This document shows positions 27,528 through 39,639 of a DNA stretch of 64,000 nucleotides, piece after piece; the first letter of the stretch is position 1; each line of letters starts with the position of its first letter. Both the position numbers and the translations under genes were made by a program. The notes beneath the pieces were generated by a model. That model made no database searches and was not told the origin of the DNA. It saw only the letters and a program-made list of their open reading frames with translations. Source of the DNA: Octopus sinensis. Taxonomy: Eukaryota. The stretch is from the NCBI RefSeq assembly GCF_006345805.1, contig NC_043008.1, positions 24,676,001 through 24,740,000 of the forward strand, in the 5' to 3' direction.

Positions 27528-30500
27528 CTGGTGTAACCGTGACGTCAGAAATGACGGCATGAAAATTATACGGAAAATAAAATGAAAAGATTACAACCTT
27601 TATCTTAATAACAGTTTAAACACTACATTTCTTGTAATAACCCTACCACCAATGAGTTCGACTTGTTTTTAACGGTTCTTCACCAACATTTTAATATTAT
27701 TATTTCTTCTTCTTCTACTTAATGCAACACAAAGTTGTCCATGGCTGAATACTGGTGATGGGAGGTCCATGCCAACATAATTGAAACTCTGCCCTTGTGA
27801 TTTGTTTATAGTCATTGCAAATACTGAGATAACAGGAAACTGTCGTCTACTCCTAGTACAGGGAATAATTGTCTCATTGGGACGGAGGTAAATGCACGAA
27901 ATAAAGGCCTCCGCTCTTTTTTTACTTCCACTAAGTATTTTTCCATGAATGAAAAAATTCTTGATGAATAGCACTCACATCCGGGTCCCCATTGACTGAA
28001 TCCCTCATTAGATTCAGGTTCTTTAGCAACATGAATATCGAATGCCTCTTCAAGGTCTGTATACGAGGTGGCATCCCGGAAAGCGTCAGTCTATTTAAAA
28101 AATTCAACGGGTTAATGTATAACAGCTTCATTATTTTCTTCAATAATGGTGTCAACGCTTCTGCAGATTGTTGCCTCACCAGACAATAATGACATTATAT
28201 CAGTATTTATGTGAAGAGAATCTTTGTTTTTAGGTGACAAAATGATTGTCGATGGCACTCTTTCAACTGCCTTATCATTCACTTATAATTCTCCCCTCCT
28301 CGCAACCCCCCAAATAACTTCTCTAACAATATTATTTGCAGATACTATATTTTGGGGAATTTCTATGTGGTTTTCTTCCCTTCTCCCAATCCTTCCAGCC
28401 TCTAAGTGCCACCTGTTGAAGTCATCTTGTCCAGCCATGCGCATATTTTCTGTCAAACTAAGCTTTGTAATGAAATGTCAGAGAGGAGATTGCTTGAGGA
28501 TTCAATTACTGCTGCATTGGATCCTCTTGGGGTGACAAGTGCAGTTTGTCTGAAGTCTCTACCATGTAGCGGCACTTTTCCACCGAATGGTCAGGGCAAA
28601 TTCATTATTTGCCTCAGCAGCAGATCAATGGCTCTCAGAGCATTGCATGTTAGCATTGATGCTTCATCAATAATTAAAAGGTGAGCCTGCTTTAAATATT
28701 CAGATGACTCTGAAGGGATTCTCATGTGAGAGGTGGAACTACCATGCAATGGGACAGGTAGCTTTAGTCCACAGTGAACTGTCCTTCCGTCAATGAGCAA
28801 ATCAGCAGCTATGCTTGTAGTAGCAGAGGAAAGGACACACTTGTTTTGCATTCTTAGTGAAGCTATCAATGTATTGTACAAGTAGGTCTTTCCCGTACCT
28901 CCAGGGCCGCCGAGGAAAAAGACTCTATTTCATTAACTGTTGGTAAATTGTATTTCCGTTTATCAGCAGTGCGATCCTTGTTGAAGACTAAATTAACGAA
29001 AGACACAGGCCTCTGTTCCTGTTGGGCATGCTTCTCCTCATGTAATACTACTTCTCGTAATGTTCAGTAAGATGCAGTATAGACATTGTTGTCTGATAAT
29101 CTCATCCAATAAGGCAGCGAGCTTGCAGAAACATTAACACGCCGGATGAAATGCTTAGTGGTGTTTTGTCTGTCTTTACGTTCTGAGTTAAAATTCTGCC
29201 GAGGTCAACTTTGCTTTTCATCCTTTCGGGGTCGATAAATTAAGTACCAGTTGCGTTCTGGGGTCGATCTAATCGACTGCCCCCCCTAAATTTCTGGCCT
29301 TGTGCATACAGTAGAAAAAAAAATTTCATCCAATTTGTGCATCACCCCAGGTATACATCTTCCATTTGCTGCATTCAAAGCCCACACTGCGGTGGCTTGA
29401 ACGCTGTCAACAACATACAGTTGCGCAAATTGCATCTATTGGTCCTCAGCAGTATGCATATGCGAAGTTCTGTGATAAACCTGGTAGTACACTCTGAAGT
29501 AGAATGGACCTCATCATTGTGAGTCATCATTGTGAGCACCCATAGATGCGAAAGATAGAGTAGAGTTGTATGACCTTATGTTTACTTTGAAGTTAACATA
29601 ATGTGGATGTTGAGGGTCTGACAACAGACATCGTAAGTATGGGGGAAATTCTCTTCTAATCGGAGGCAGGACTTTCTATTTATGGCAGCTAAAGCATACG
29701 TCTGATGGTCGCTCTGACGCAAAATATTTGGCTCTACAAAACTAAGCATGATTATTTAGTAAATTTACATGATTTCCAACTCTTTGCACAACGCTCATGG
29801 CGTTTGCATTCTGCTGCCTTTGATTATTTCTTCGTTCTACCGTTTCAATATTAACTAATTCTTCCATTCTTCTCCTCATTCGCTCTCTGCGAACAATGCT
29901 TTTTCTTCAGGTTTATTCTCAAGTCTAAGACTCTTCTCTCTCTCTCACACACACACGCACTCTTACTCCTTCTCTATTCTCTGCTGCTTACTCTTCCGTT
30001 TCACCTTGGCGCCTTTGCGACGTTCCTTCTCTTTCGATTTCTCTCCTTTGTGCTGCTAGCTCTTCCGTTTTATCTTGCCGCCTTTATGAAGCTATCATTC
30101 TTTTATCTTCTCTCCTCTCTGCTGCTTGCTGTTCTGCTTCATCTTGGCGCTTTTGTGCTGCTTTCAGTCTTTGGATAGCTCTCCTTTGTGCAATGAGGTT
30201 CTCCTTTTCATTTTGACGTTTTCGAGCCTATCATTTTGTATCTTGTGCTCTTCTCTCTTGTCTCAATTCCTGCGGTTGATTTAATAATATATTTTCTTAT
30301 CTATTTTATTAATCTTCTTGCGTCTAGTTCTACCTGAGTGAGACTAGCTTATCTCCGCCTTTGTCTCTCTCTGGATAACAGTTGTCTTCTGTTAGCTTCA
30401 TTCTCCATAGCAGAAGAAAGAGTATCAGTCAATGGCTAACAAACACTATATACCGTAAGTACGTTATGAGAGTACGGATGACTAAAAGTATCAGTGAACT

Positions 30501-30850
30501 GATAACAAACACTATACACTGTAAATAAGATGTGCGATTGCTAATAACTAAAATAAGCAGTGAACTGATAACAAATACTATATAATGCAATCATGCACAC
30601 ACACACACATTGGAACCGAAATATTAAAGAAAATGATCTTCGTAAAATGTAAACAACACATTTTACATATGAAATGATTCGTCTCAGTGACCAGCAACCC
30701 TATTTTATTCGGAAGCTTCTGCAAGCACATATAATGACGACGCTCTCTTTGCCACTGCTTTTCTCTCATTGCTTTTACTTTCTCTCAGTCATGGTTATTT
30801 CTCTCACTACTCCTTAACTGAATTACTATTTTCTCTCTTCTGCTACTCCC
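27528..30850 (-). mobile_element. Helitron (internally deleted RepHel; PIF1-like helicase)
   Basis: PGGTGKTYLYN, LLIIDEASM, GDFRQT, FAMTINKSQGQS...FSHGQL.VALSR, N-terminal Zn-finger remnants and IRSYNS.LSFASM. The 3' end has a hairpin and CCAG. Confidence 0.9.
29111..29322 (+). mobile_element. tRNA-derived SINE, family B, inserted in the Helitron
   Basis: Matches 38816-39043 in reverse; B-box-like GAGTTAAAATTC and GGGGTCGATAAATTAAGTACCAG core. Confidence 0.85.
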
Positions 30851-30866
30851 TCCCACTGCATGATTT

Positions 30867-30909
<43 letters not shown>

Positions 30910-30910
<1 letters not shown>

Positions 30911-31132
30911 TCTTTTACTAGTTTACTTATTTCAGTCATTTGACTGCGGCCATGCTGGAGCACCGCCTTTAGTCGAGCAAATCGACCCCAGGACTTATTC
31001 TTTGTAAGCCTAGTACTTATTCTATTGGTCTCTTTTTGCCGAATGGCTAAGTTACGGGTCGTAAACACACCACCATCGGTTGTCAAGCGATGTTGGGGTG
31101 ACAAACACAGACACCCAAACACATACACACAC

Positions 31133-31189
<57 letters not shown>

Positions 31190-31351
31190 CATACGACAGG
31201 CTTCCTTCAGTTTACGTCTATCAATCCACTCACAAGGCTTTGGTCGGCCCGAGGCTATAGTAGAAGACACTTGCCCAAGGTGCTACGCACTGGGGCTGAA
31301 CCCGGAAACATGCGGTTCATAAGCAAGCTACTTACCACACAGCCACTCCTG
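30910..31351 (-). mobile_element. tRNA-derived SINE, family A
   Basis: Reverse complement of the 27113-27526 family, with an internal (TA)n. Confidence 0.9.
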
Positions 31352-31353
31352 TA

Positions 31354-31402
<49 letters not shown>

Positions 31403-31406
<4 letters not shown>

Positions 31407-31725
31407 CAAAATGGGACAAGTGCACAAAACATCCGGACAGCTAGGTGATACAAAAAGGGAAAAAAACATCCAGATAGACGATACAAAGAAAACAAGGACG
31501 GATCATTCTAAGCCCTCTATCCTCAGTCAAGCACCAGATTATCATCGCAATTTCGACTGATTATTCTTGATGAGCCAAAATTGCGATGATAATCTGGTGC
31601 TTGACTGAAGATAGATGGCTTCGAATGACTCGTCCTTGTATTCTTTGTATCGTCTATCAGGATGTTTTGTTTCCCTTTTTGTATCACCTAGCTGTCCGGT
31701 TGTTTTGCGTTCTTGTCCCATTTTG

Positions 31726-31729
<4 letters not shown>
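31403..31729. repeat. long imperfect hairpin (~150-bp arms, ~24-nt spacer) between (TA)n tracts
   Basis: 31403-31553 is the imperfect reverse complement of 31578-31729. Confidence 0.92.
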
Positions 31730-31765
<36 letters not shown>

Positions 31766-32906
31766 GGATAAGCATATTAGAAGGGAGCCGTGAGAAAACA
31801 TTTAAATAAAAGGCTTGGGAACAAGTGTGAAAAGGTAAAGAAGCACTACACCAAATTAAGTTATAAATACTGCTTCCCTAACTATTTCGAAATTCACCCT
31901 GCCAAACAGTCATGAATCTACAATAATAAAATCCAAATTTTTACCTTTTTTTAAATAGTTTTTATTTATTGAATTCAATTTAACAATTGCTTACTTGAAA
32001 TTTTCGGATATTTTATAAAGAAAATTTTAATACTTTCCGTCTACTATTGAACATAGGTTCGCATTCCTCTAAACAGAGACGTTTAAATACATTCTCTTCC
32101 TTCACAGACAAATTAATATAGATATTAAGCAATCTCTATTGCTAATCATTTTTCTCGCAGACTTAAATTCATCAACATCTGATAAAAAGAACACCTTACA
32201 ACAACTCACCATAATGTAAAAGATATAACGAGAATAAATTTGATATGCTTACTATCAGCTACCAAATTACACTAAATCTGATTCTCTCTCTTTCAAAGAA
32301 ATTTGAGAAATACTTTAAAGGCTTTTAAAGATGAATGATCCATTTATTAGTTGAATAATCAATCAATTAATTGATTGATTAAGATAACAAAAGATAGGAT
32401 GTAGTGATTACAAATCATAGAAACTTCTCAAATACATGTAAGTGAATAAAGTATCATCAGGATAAAATCCTTCTTTCATTATGTTACACATACACACACA
32501 CACACACACATGTATATATATATATGCTTCGGTATGTAAGTAACTAAACAGATCGATAAATACATAAATATGGGGAAATGGCCAAAGGAAACGTAGTTCG
32601 GTGAAGTATAATCATTATTTTGAGTGTATAAGATTTTGAAACAATATGAAGTAAAAGATTGTTTGGAGATACAGAGAATGTTACATAAATCTGCCTAGTT
32701 ATTGTAACATATATCATGAAACTTTTAGTTGCTCTTTTGTAAATTGTATATATTAAATTATATTCATCACTAACTGGATTCAGTGTTCTTTTGGTTGATC
32801 ATACTTATAACATTAAACACTCTGTCTCTCACTGCCTGTCTATCTGTCTGTCTGTCTGCCTGTCTGTCTGTCTGTCTGTCTCTGTCTGTCTCTGTCTGTC
32901 TCTCTG

Positions 32907-32962
<56 letters not shown>

Positions 32963-33000
32963 CTGAAGGTTTTCAGATTGTATCTACTACTCTTAATTAC

Positions 33001-33120
33001 TTGGCTTTGGACCGGCATGTGTTATAGTACAAGACACTTGCCTAAAGCGCTATGCAGTGGGGCTGAATACAGAATCATGAGGTTGGGAAGCAAACGTCAT
33101 ACCACTCAACTACTCCTGCG
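33001..33120 (-). mobile_element. SINE family A, 5' fragment
   Basis: AGACACTTGCCTAAAG...GTTGGGAAGCAA...TACCAC matches the family A head in reverse. Confidence 0.7.
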
Positions 33121-35129
33121 GCTATGTGTATATATTTGTGTATGTGTACACACACACACACACACACACACTCATATGCATATAAATATTTGCTAACTGA
33201 AAGATATGAAACCTTCCCAAGAATAATGTTTAGCTCTGTAAAATAAAAAGCGTCTGTTGAAAGAAAGCATTAAGCAGTATAGCTTTAGGATATTTTGTTA
33301 ATAATATCTGCCGGAAATCTATTAGTTGTATACTGTGTATTTTTATGACACCATTTCTGTTCAATATTGACTTATGCACTTGAAAATATATGACAGTTTT
33401 ATTTGCCTTTACAATTACAATAACTTATACTGTGCAAAAACAGATCAGTCATATTTCGTATTTGGCATGAATAACATGATTAGAGAAAGGAGATTTGGAG
33501 ATCGTACATGATTATAAATACATATTTATGTACATTCTTATTTATGTTCTGTTAATGTATACGTAATCCGATTTTGTTTTCCATTTATTAAAAATATCTC
33601 GTCAAAGCTCTTGGCTATAAATTACATGTCATTACGTGGTCATCAGTTACTTTGAAGTACATTTTGAGAAAGTCTACATGTATGTACGCTTTTCATTGTA
33701 ATTTCGCCAGAATACACTGTCCCGGGATGACAAATATATAGACTAAATATATTTTGTTTTGATGAAAGATGTTGTCTGATATATTTTCTCTGAAACTCTT
33801 GAAATATCTACATTAAGGTAGCGTAATATTTCCTTTGTATGCTTCGCAGAAATACGAATTCTCTTTTTTGTTCTATGATAAAAGTAGCACATTTAAATAT
33901 TATTTTCTTCTTATGAGCAAAATATATTTAGATAGGACTAATATTTCACACAAACTTTATTTATTTGCTTATAAATTCTGGCAGTTAGGTTTAATGCTTA
34001 TAATTTTTGTTTTTATCGGACATTTCACTCACAATTCCACCGGGGCATGTGAGTACAATTTAAATAAACTTTCCGAAATTAGCTGCAAATTAGCTCGAAT
34101 TAACACTTCTTAAAAAGGTTTTCTTGGGGGCTATTACACACACACACATTTATATATATATATCAAAAGGATGTTTTATAATACTAATCCACAGCCATAC
34201 CAACAATCCAACATACTTCCATCATCAGCTGCCCCATGGATATCATTATGGCTTCGGCATCTGGGCAGTATCATTCAATCCAGCGGTGTCAACAGCACTA
34301 AAACAAGTGTTGTTTGGGAACAAACAAACAAACCTAAAAAACCAAAACATTCAACACATTTACCCAATGTACAATCGTATCGATAAATAAATTCCATAAG
34401 TAAATTGCAACCCCTCCTAAATATATAACTAAACAGCGACATCTCTATTAAGTCATAAAAAATATATTCCCTACCGTCTTCCGTAGTGTAATATAAAAGT
34501 AAAGCTTAATAACCACGCTATTTCAATTAATCAATATATAGGCAGGATTAAAAACTAAACTTACTAAAACTACAAAAGACTTACTAAAACTTTAAAAAAC
34601 CAATGTATATTATAGCGGTATTAATGATAAACTGCAATAACTAAATTATATGTTAAATTGCGATCCATCTTTCAGTTCATATAATAATATAGATATTAAT
34701 ATGATGAAAGTTCAAACCTTATAAAATTTATTCCAAAACAAAACACGACTGAATTAAATTTAATAAATATTTTTATAAAGTACTACATACTCATTAATAT
34801 ATCACCACTTCAAGTTATAATATTAAATTACCGGTGACTAATATACATTTCAATTTCATTAAATAGAAACTAATAAAAGTACTTGTAATAAACTAATATT
34901 ATAAACCTTGCTATGTTTAAAGGTACTTAAAATGAATAAAAGACAATAAAACTGTTAAACAATAAAACTATAAGCATTAACACTTACATGTTTAATCAGA
35001 ATCGCGGCCCCCTCATCAAGAATTTAAAGAGCAACTAAATATTGAGGATATAGTGCGTAATTACCACTTTCTCAATTGTTTCAATACCGGTGACGTAGTA
35101 AGCAAGCAAATAATTCGAATCGTAAACCT

Positions 35130-35735
35130 TCAAATCCTTACGAATATTTGCTAAGCTAAAGACTAGATATTACCCCATATTTATTTAAAATTTTAAGTTA
35201 CGCACCTAAGCAGCGATTAAAAGCTTCAAACAATTTATCAAGTTTATAACCTTGTTTTACTAAATCTCTTAGCTTATTCTTTCCAAACATTTACCAGCAT
35301 TATTAATAATAGTGATATATCTAACGATTTGCCCTGCAAAAAAACCATAACAAATAAAAGAAGGAATTTTACTACTGAACCATGGCATTGAAGCCAACTG
35401 GAAATCAAAATTTTCTGTTTTACTTTAAATATTAGTACATATTACATTGTTATCCTTAATTACTCAATTGGCATCTAAATAATTAAAATTTTAATATTAT
35501 TACCATTTCTGGTGGCTCACAGGGGTATATTTTTCTGAATAAAAATTCAAAGAAACCATAATTAGGTATAAATATATCATGTATGTATCTGCAGCATCCA
35601 TCAAGTTGTTTAAGCAAACATATCTTTTTCCTAATACAGAGGTCTTTAAGAAAAAGGAACTCGCATGAAGAAAGATAAAGGTCCGCCAATAGGGAGCTAC
35701 AATTGCCACCCATTGGAATTCCCCTATGTATGCAT
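35130..35735 (-). mobile_element. PLE RT fragment
   Basis: GIPMGGNCSSLLADLYL..CE, CCRYIHDIF and GQIVRY...KQGYK. Confidence 0.8.
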
Positions 35736-35739
35736 GTAT

Positions 35740-36517
35740 ATTATATATATTGTTGTATTTGGGGACGGTCATGCTGCTAGTTTAGCCAATAAAAACACAT
35801 GTACTATATGTTTAGTGTTCACTTGCTTCAGCTTTATTTTATATTAATTGTATTTCGGCCAGAGTTTTTCGTCACAATTCAGTGACCTCATCAGTGGTCA
35901 TTTGCTTTCTTCTTTCTTTTTGTGTGTCTCTCCTTACTAATGATCTGCCATTTTGCATTCCTATTGTATGCGTATATCCCTGTGTATGTCTATGTTTAAT
36001 AAGTGTGTGTGTGGGGGGGAGGTTATGTGCCTGCATTATCAGTATACCCTCTTTATACGCGTTCGTTTAATTTATTTTTATTCATTTGTTTACATCTACT
36101 TACTTTATCTTTCTTTCTATTTTTTGTATTCAATTTTTTAATTTTTTTAATGTATATAGTTATTTAATTCCATTTATTTATCTGTGCATTGTATTATATT
36201 CCAATTATTATCAATTTATGGGGATCTTATTCTGTCATGGGTTATGGTGTAGTGGATATGTGTGCAAGTGTTCCATTCTAGTTTCCTATTCAGGCTAAGT
36301 TTATTTTCTATTTTGTGTGTATCTTCCGTAATTTGTCTAAGCATTGCGTCTGTTCTATGTGTGGACAATATTTTAACTTCTATGCTGTTGAGTGAGCCCC
36401 CATGATCCTGCTCGGCTTGCTGGTACAGAACCGATGAGCTTTTTCTTCCTTAAGTTCCCTCCAATGCTCATTTACTGATTTGCATCAAGAATCTTACAAA
36501 ACGAATATATAAACGTA
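35740..36517 (-). mobile_element. 3' end of a PLE (GIY-YIG C-terminus + pLTR) with an inverted pLTR-tail piece at its 5' junction
   Basis: SSVLYQ...DHGGSLNSIEVKILSTH..DAMLRQITE...LNRKLEW resembles ORF 1616-2128. The pLTR at 35740-35960 matches 53770-54045 and 62040-62320. 36478-36517 matches the pLTR tail on the opposite strand. Confidence 0.8.
35857..35899 (-). ncRNA. minimal type I hammerhead ribozyme motif in pLTR
   Basis: GACCA-CTGATGA-G-GTCAC tgaatt GTGAC-GAAA-AACTC-TGGCC; stem III is weakened. Confidence 0.65.
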
Positions 36518-36537
36518 TATATATATATAATTTTTAT

Positions 36538-36689
36538 AATTATGAGTATAATTATAATTAGGGTTCAGCAAAATATTTGCTTCAAGACATACCTAAATTT
36601 AGAAATTGCTAGTTTTGGCTGCTATTTCTAAATTTAGGTATGTGTTGAAGCAAATTTTTTGCTGAACCCTAATAATTATACTCATAATT
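36538..36689. mobile_element. MITE-like near-perfect palindrome (~66-bp arms)
   Basis: 36538-36606 pairs with 36624-36689 with few mismatches; the spacer is 17 nt. Confidence 0.85.
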
Positions 36690-36795
36690 AGAAAAAATTG
36701 TTTAAGTTAACTGTTAATGGTTGTTTTAACATGCCGAACTACTTTATATAATTATTAATTATTAATTAATTAATTAATTAATTTTACCCTTTATC

Positions 36796-36826
<31 letters not shown>

Positions 36827-36859
36827 GAATGCGATAAAAATCCAAGGGTATAAAGATTT

Positions 36860-37230
36860 CAGAACATTTATAAATAGAAGGTCTTACAGCTGTTTCCCGG
36901 ATATTTTATATATCCCTTCATCTGAGACGGTGTGAGAAAATGTTTAAGCAATAGTTATTCTAGATAAGATCTGAAATAGAGAGTGAAGTGGAAGAATGAA
37001 AACAGACGTGAGATATGCAGGGATATTGTATCTTCAGTTCCATTATTTAGGCAGAATGGTATACATATAAGATTCTTGTACCTTGTGAGTAAGTTCCAAT
37101 AGTATTTAAAATGGGTCATTCCAATCCAAGCATAGAGTTTGTAAACGGTGTTATTGAATCAAGGGTTTTTTTTTTTTGAAGTAACTTAAAAGTTGGTAAT
37201 ATGTTTGAAATGTTACATTAAATACAAGAA
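36860..37230 (-). mobile_element. PLE 3' remnant with degenerate HHR at 36881-36928
   Basis: GTCT-CAGATGA-A-GGGATAT/ATATCC-GG-GAAA-CAGCTG-TA-AGAC, the same ACAGCTGT stem III type as 12306-12359. Weak GIY-YIG C-terminal remnants lie upstream. Confidence 0.6.
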
Positions 37231-37462
37231 GAGAAGAAAAAAGAAAGGAAAACAGAAAAAAAGAAAGGCGGGGAGAAAGATAATAGAGAAATGAAGAGAG
37301 GGAAAGTGTACTCGTTAGTGGTCAGTCAGGATAAATTGATAGAAGGAATGTGGAGGTGAGGGTGATAGACAGAGAAAGATATGAGAGTGTAAAGAGATGA
37401 GAGTTTAAAGAGTAAAGGAGTGTTAGGTAGAAGGAATGAGGGTGAGGGTGATAGAGAGAAAA

Positions 37463-37538
<76 letters not shown>

Positions 37539-37544
37539 GTAATA

Positions 37545-37824
37545 TATGAAAAATTAACGAAAATGCACATTGTAAATAAAAAAAGGCTTTTTATGACAGG
37601 TAACGACAGATATATACATTTAGATTGACTGAGGTAGTAATAAAAGTCATAAAAGTCATTATTATGAGATGATTATAAAGTCAGGAAACAAAGCGTACCA
37701 TGGTTTCCGCAATGCTATTCATCGTTTTGAAAACGCCGGCTAATAGGTATTAATATATTTGTCGTTACCTGTCATAAAAAGCCTTTTTTTTAATTTACAA
37801 TGTGCATTTTCGTTGATTTTTCAT
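37545..37824 (-). mobile_element. short element with ~70-bp terminal inverted repeats and a decayed HHR (37690-37728)
   Basis: 37545-37613 pairs with 37756-37824. Internal minus-strand sequence AAAACG-ATGA-...-GAAA-CCATGG-TA-CGCTTT. Confidence 0.6.
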
Positions 37825-37899
37825 AGTTTAACCTTACATTTCCACGTGTATTTTATATTTTCTTTTTGTAACATATTTCTACTATACACACACACACAT

Positions 37900-37938
<39 letters not shown>

Positions 37939-38070
37939 GCTATGTTGATGCAAACAGGAGAAATATAACTCAAAATATGAGTATATGTTTATTTTAATAT
38001 TTTCGTTAATATTTAGCAGAACAGAGTGAATCAAGTTCTGAGAGTTTTGTGAATTAGCACATACCAATTT

Positions 38071-38470
38071 CATAGGCACAGGCGTGGCTGTGTGGTAAGG
38101 AGTTGTCTTTCCAACCACATAGTTTCGGTTTCAGTCCCACTGTGTGGCTTCTTGGGCAAGTTTCTTCTACTATATCCTCGGACCTACCAAGGTCTTGTGT
38201 GTTTGGTTGACAGAGCTGAAAGAAACCTGTTGTGTATATGTATATGTGTGTGTCTGTGTGCTTGAGTCCGTGTATGTGTGTGTTTGTGCTTCTGTTTTTC
38301 TCCATCAACGCTTCAAAACCACTGTTGGTGTATTTACGTCTCCGTACCGTAGCGGTTCGGCAAAAAGAGCGATAAAATAAGGCTTAGAAAATAAGTACTT
38401 GGGTTGATTCAATCGACTAAAAAGTTCAAAATGTTTCAACAATACCGCAATCAAATGACTGAAACAAGAA
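38071..38470 (+). mobile_element. tRNA-derived SINE, family A
   Basis: GGCGTGGCTGTGTGGTAAG head, family core and GACTGAAACAAG tail. Confidence 0.88.
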
Positions 38471-38635
38471 TACACACACACACAAACTCACACACACATG
38501 TACGTGTGTGTATATATATGTCTATATATATATTCATATATGTGTCTGCGTTTGTGTGTGTATGTATGAATATATATATACATATACTATTATATCATGC
38601 ATATATATATATATATATATTATTGTATTATTCTA

Positions 38636-39074
38636 TTCTTTTACTTGTTTCAGTCATTTATATATATATACGACCGACTTCTTTCAGTTTCTGTCTACCA
38701 CATCTACTCACAGGGCTTTGGTCGTCGGCCCAAAGCGAAAGTAGAAGTCATTTGTCCAAGATGCCACGCAATGGGTCTGAACCCAGATCCATGTGACTGA
38801 GATGCAAGCTTCTTATTTCTTAATTGCCCACAAGGGGTTAAACATAGAGGGGGCAAACAAGGACAGAGAAAGGGATTAAGTCGATGACATCGACCCCAGT
38901 GCGCAACTGGTACTTAATTTGTCGACCCCGAAAGGATGAACGGTAAAGTCGACCTCAGCTGAATTTTAACTCAGAACGTAGCGGCTGATGAAATACTGCT
39001 AAGCATTTCGCTCGGCGCGCTAAGGTTTCTGCCAGCTCGCCGCCTTCTTACCACACAGTCACGCCTGCGCCTAT
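38636..39074 (-). mobile_element. SINE family A split by a nested family B SINE (38816-39043)
   Basis: The family A head is interrupted at GCAAGCTTCTTA|CCACACAG; CTTCTTA is duplicated at 38809-38815 and 39044-39050. Confidence 0.88.
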
Positions 39075-39639
39075 ATTCATATGTGTGTGTGCGTGTGTGT
39101 ACGCATGTGTGTATGTACTTATGTATATATCAATACTATTCGGGATTCAACCTTGACGTTTCCTTCTGGAAGTCGTCCATTAGTAGGGATGGACATATAG
39201 AATTACTGAATGCAAATGGACAGTGTTACTGAAGATATATCAAGACAAACCATAAACAACTGTAGAATTTATAGAAATGTTAGCAATAAGAATTGTGTGA
39301 GCAGTTCGTTCCTTTACATAATTATACAATTGTTTCTTTGAAATTTTATCAGAGGTGTATTACTGTAATATTATGTAATATGTGGAACAACGCATCGGTG
39401 TTATTATACTAATGCGGAAATTATATTGAAACGTTGTTTTTATGCAAAAATCCCTATATAAAGTTGTTGAAACAACGCCGATGCAATATATTGTAAGATA
39501 TCTTAAATAATATTATTATAGCAATAGTCGTCCGATAAATATCGATGAAACAATTGTAGAATTACATGATAAAACGAATCGCTGACTCCATTCTTCATGT
39601 TGATATGTTTGTATGCATGTACGTATCTATGCATGCATG

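Noticed and set aside
34200-34235. CTGATGA on the minus strand as an HHR (similar cases near 11715, 32455, 38985 and 41363)
   Set aside because: There is no properly placed stem II, GAAA, stem III and stem I combination.
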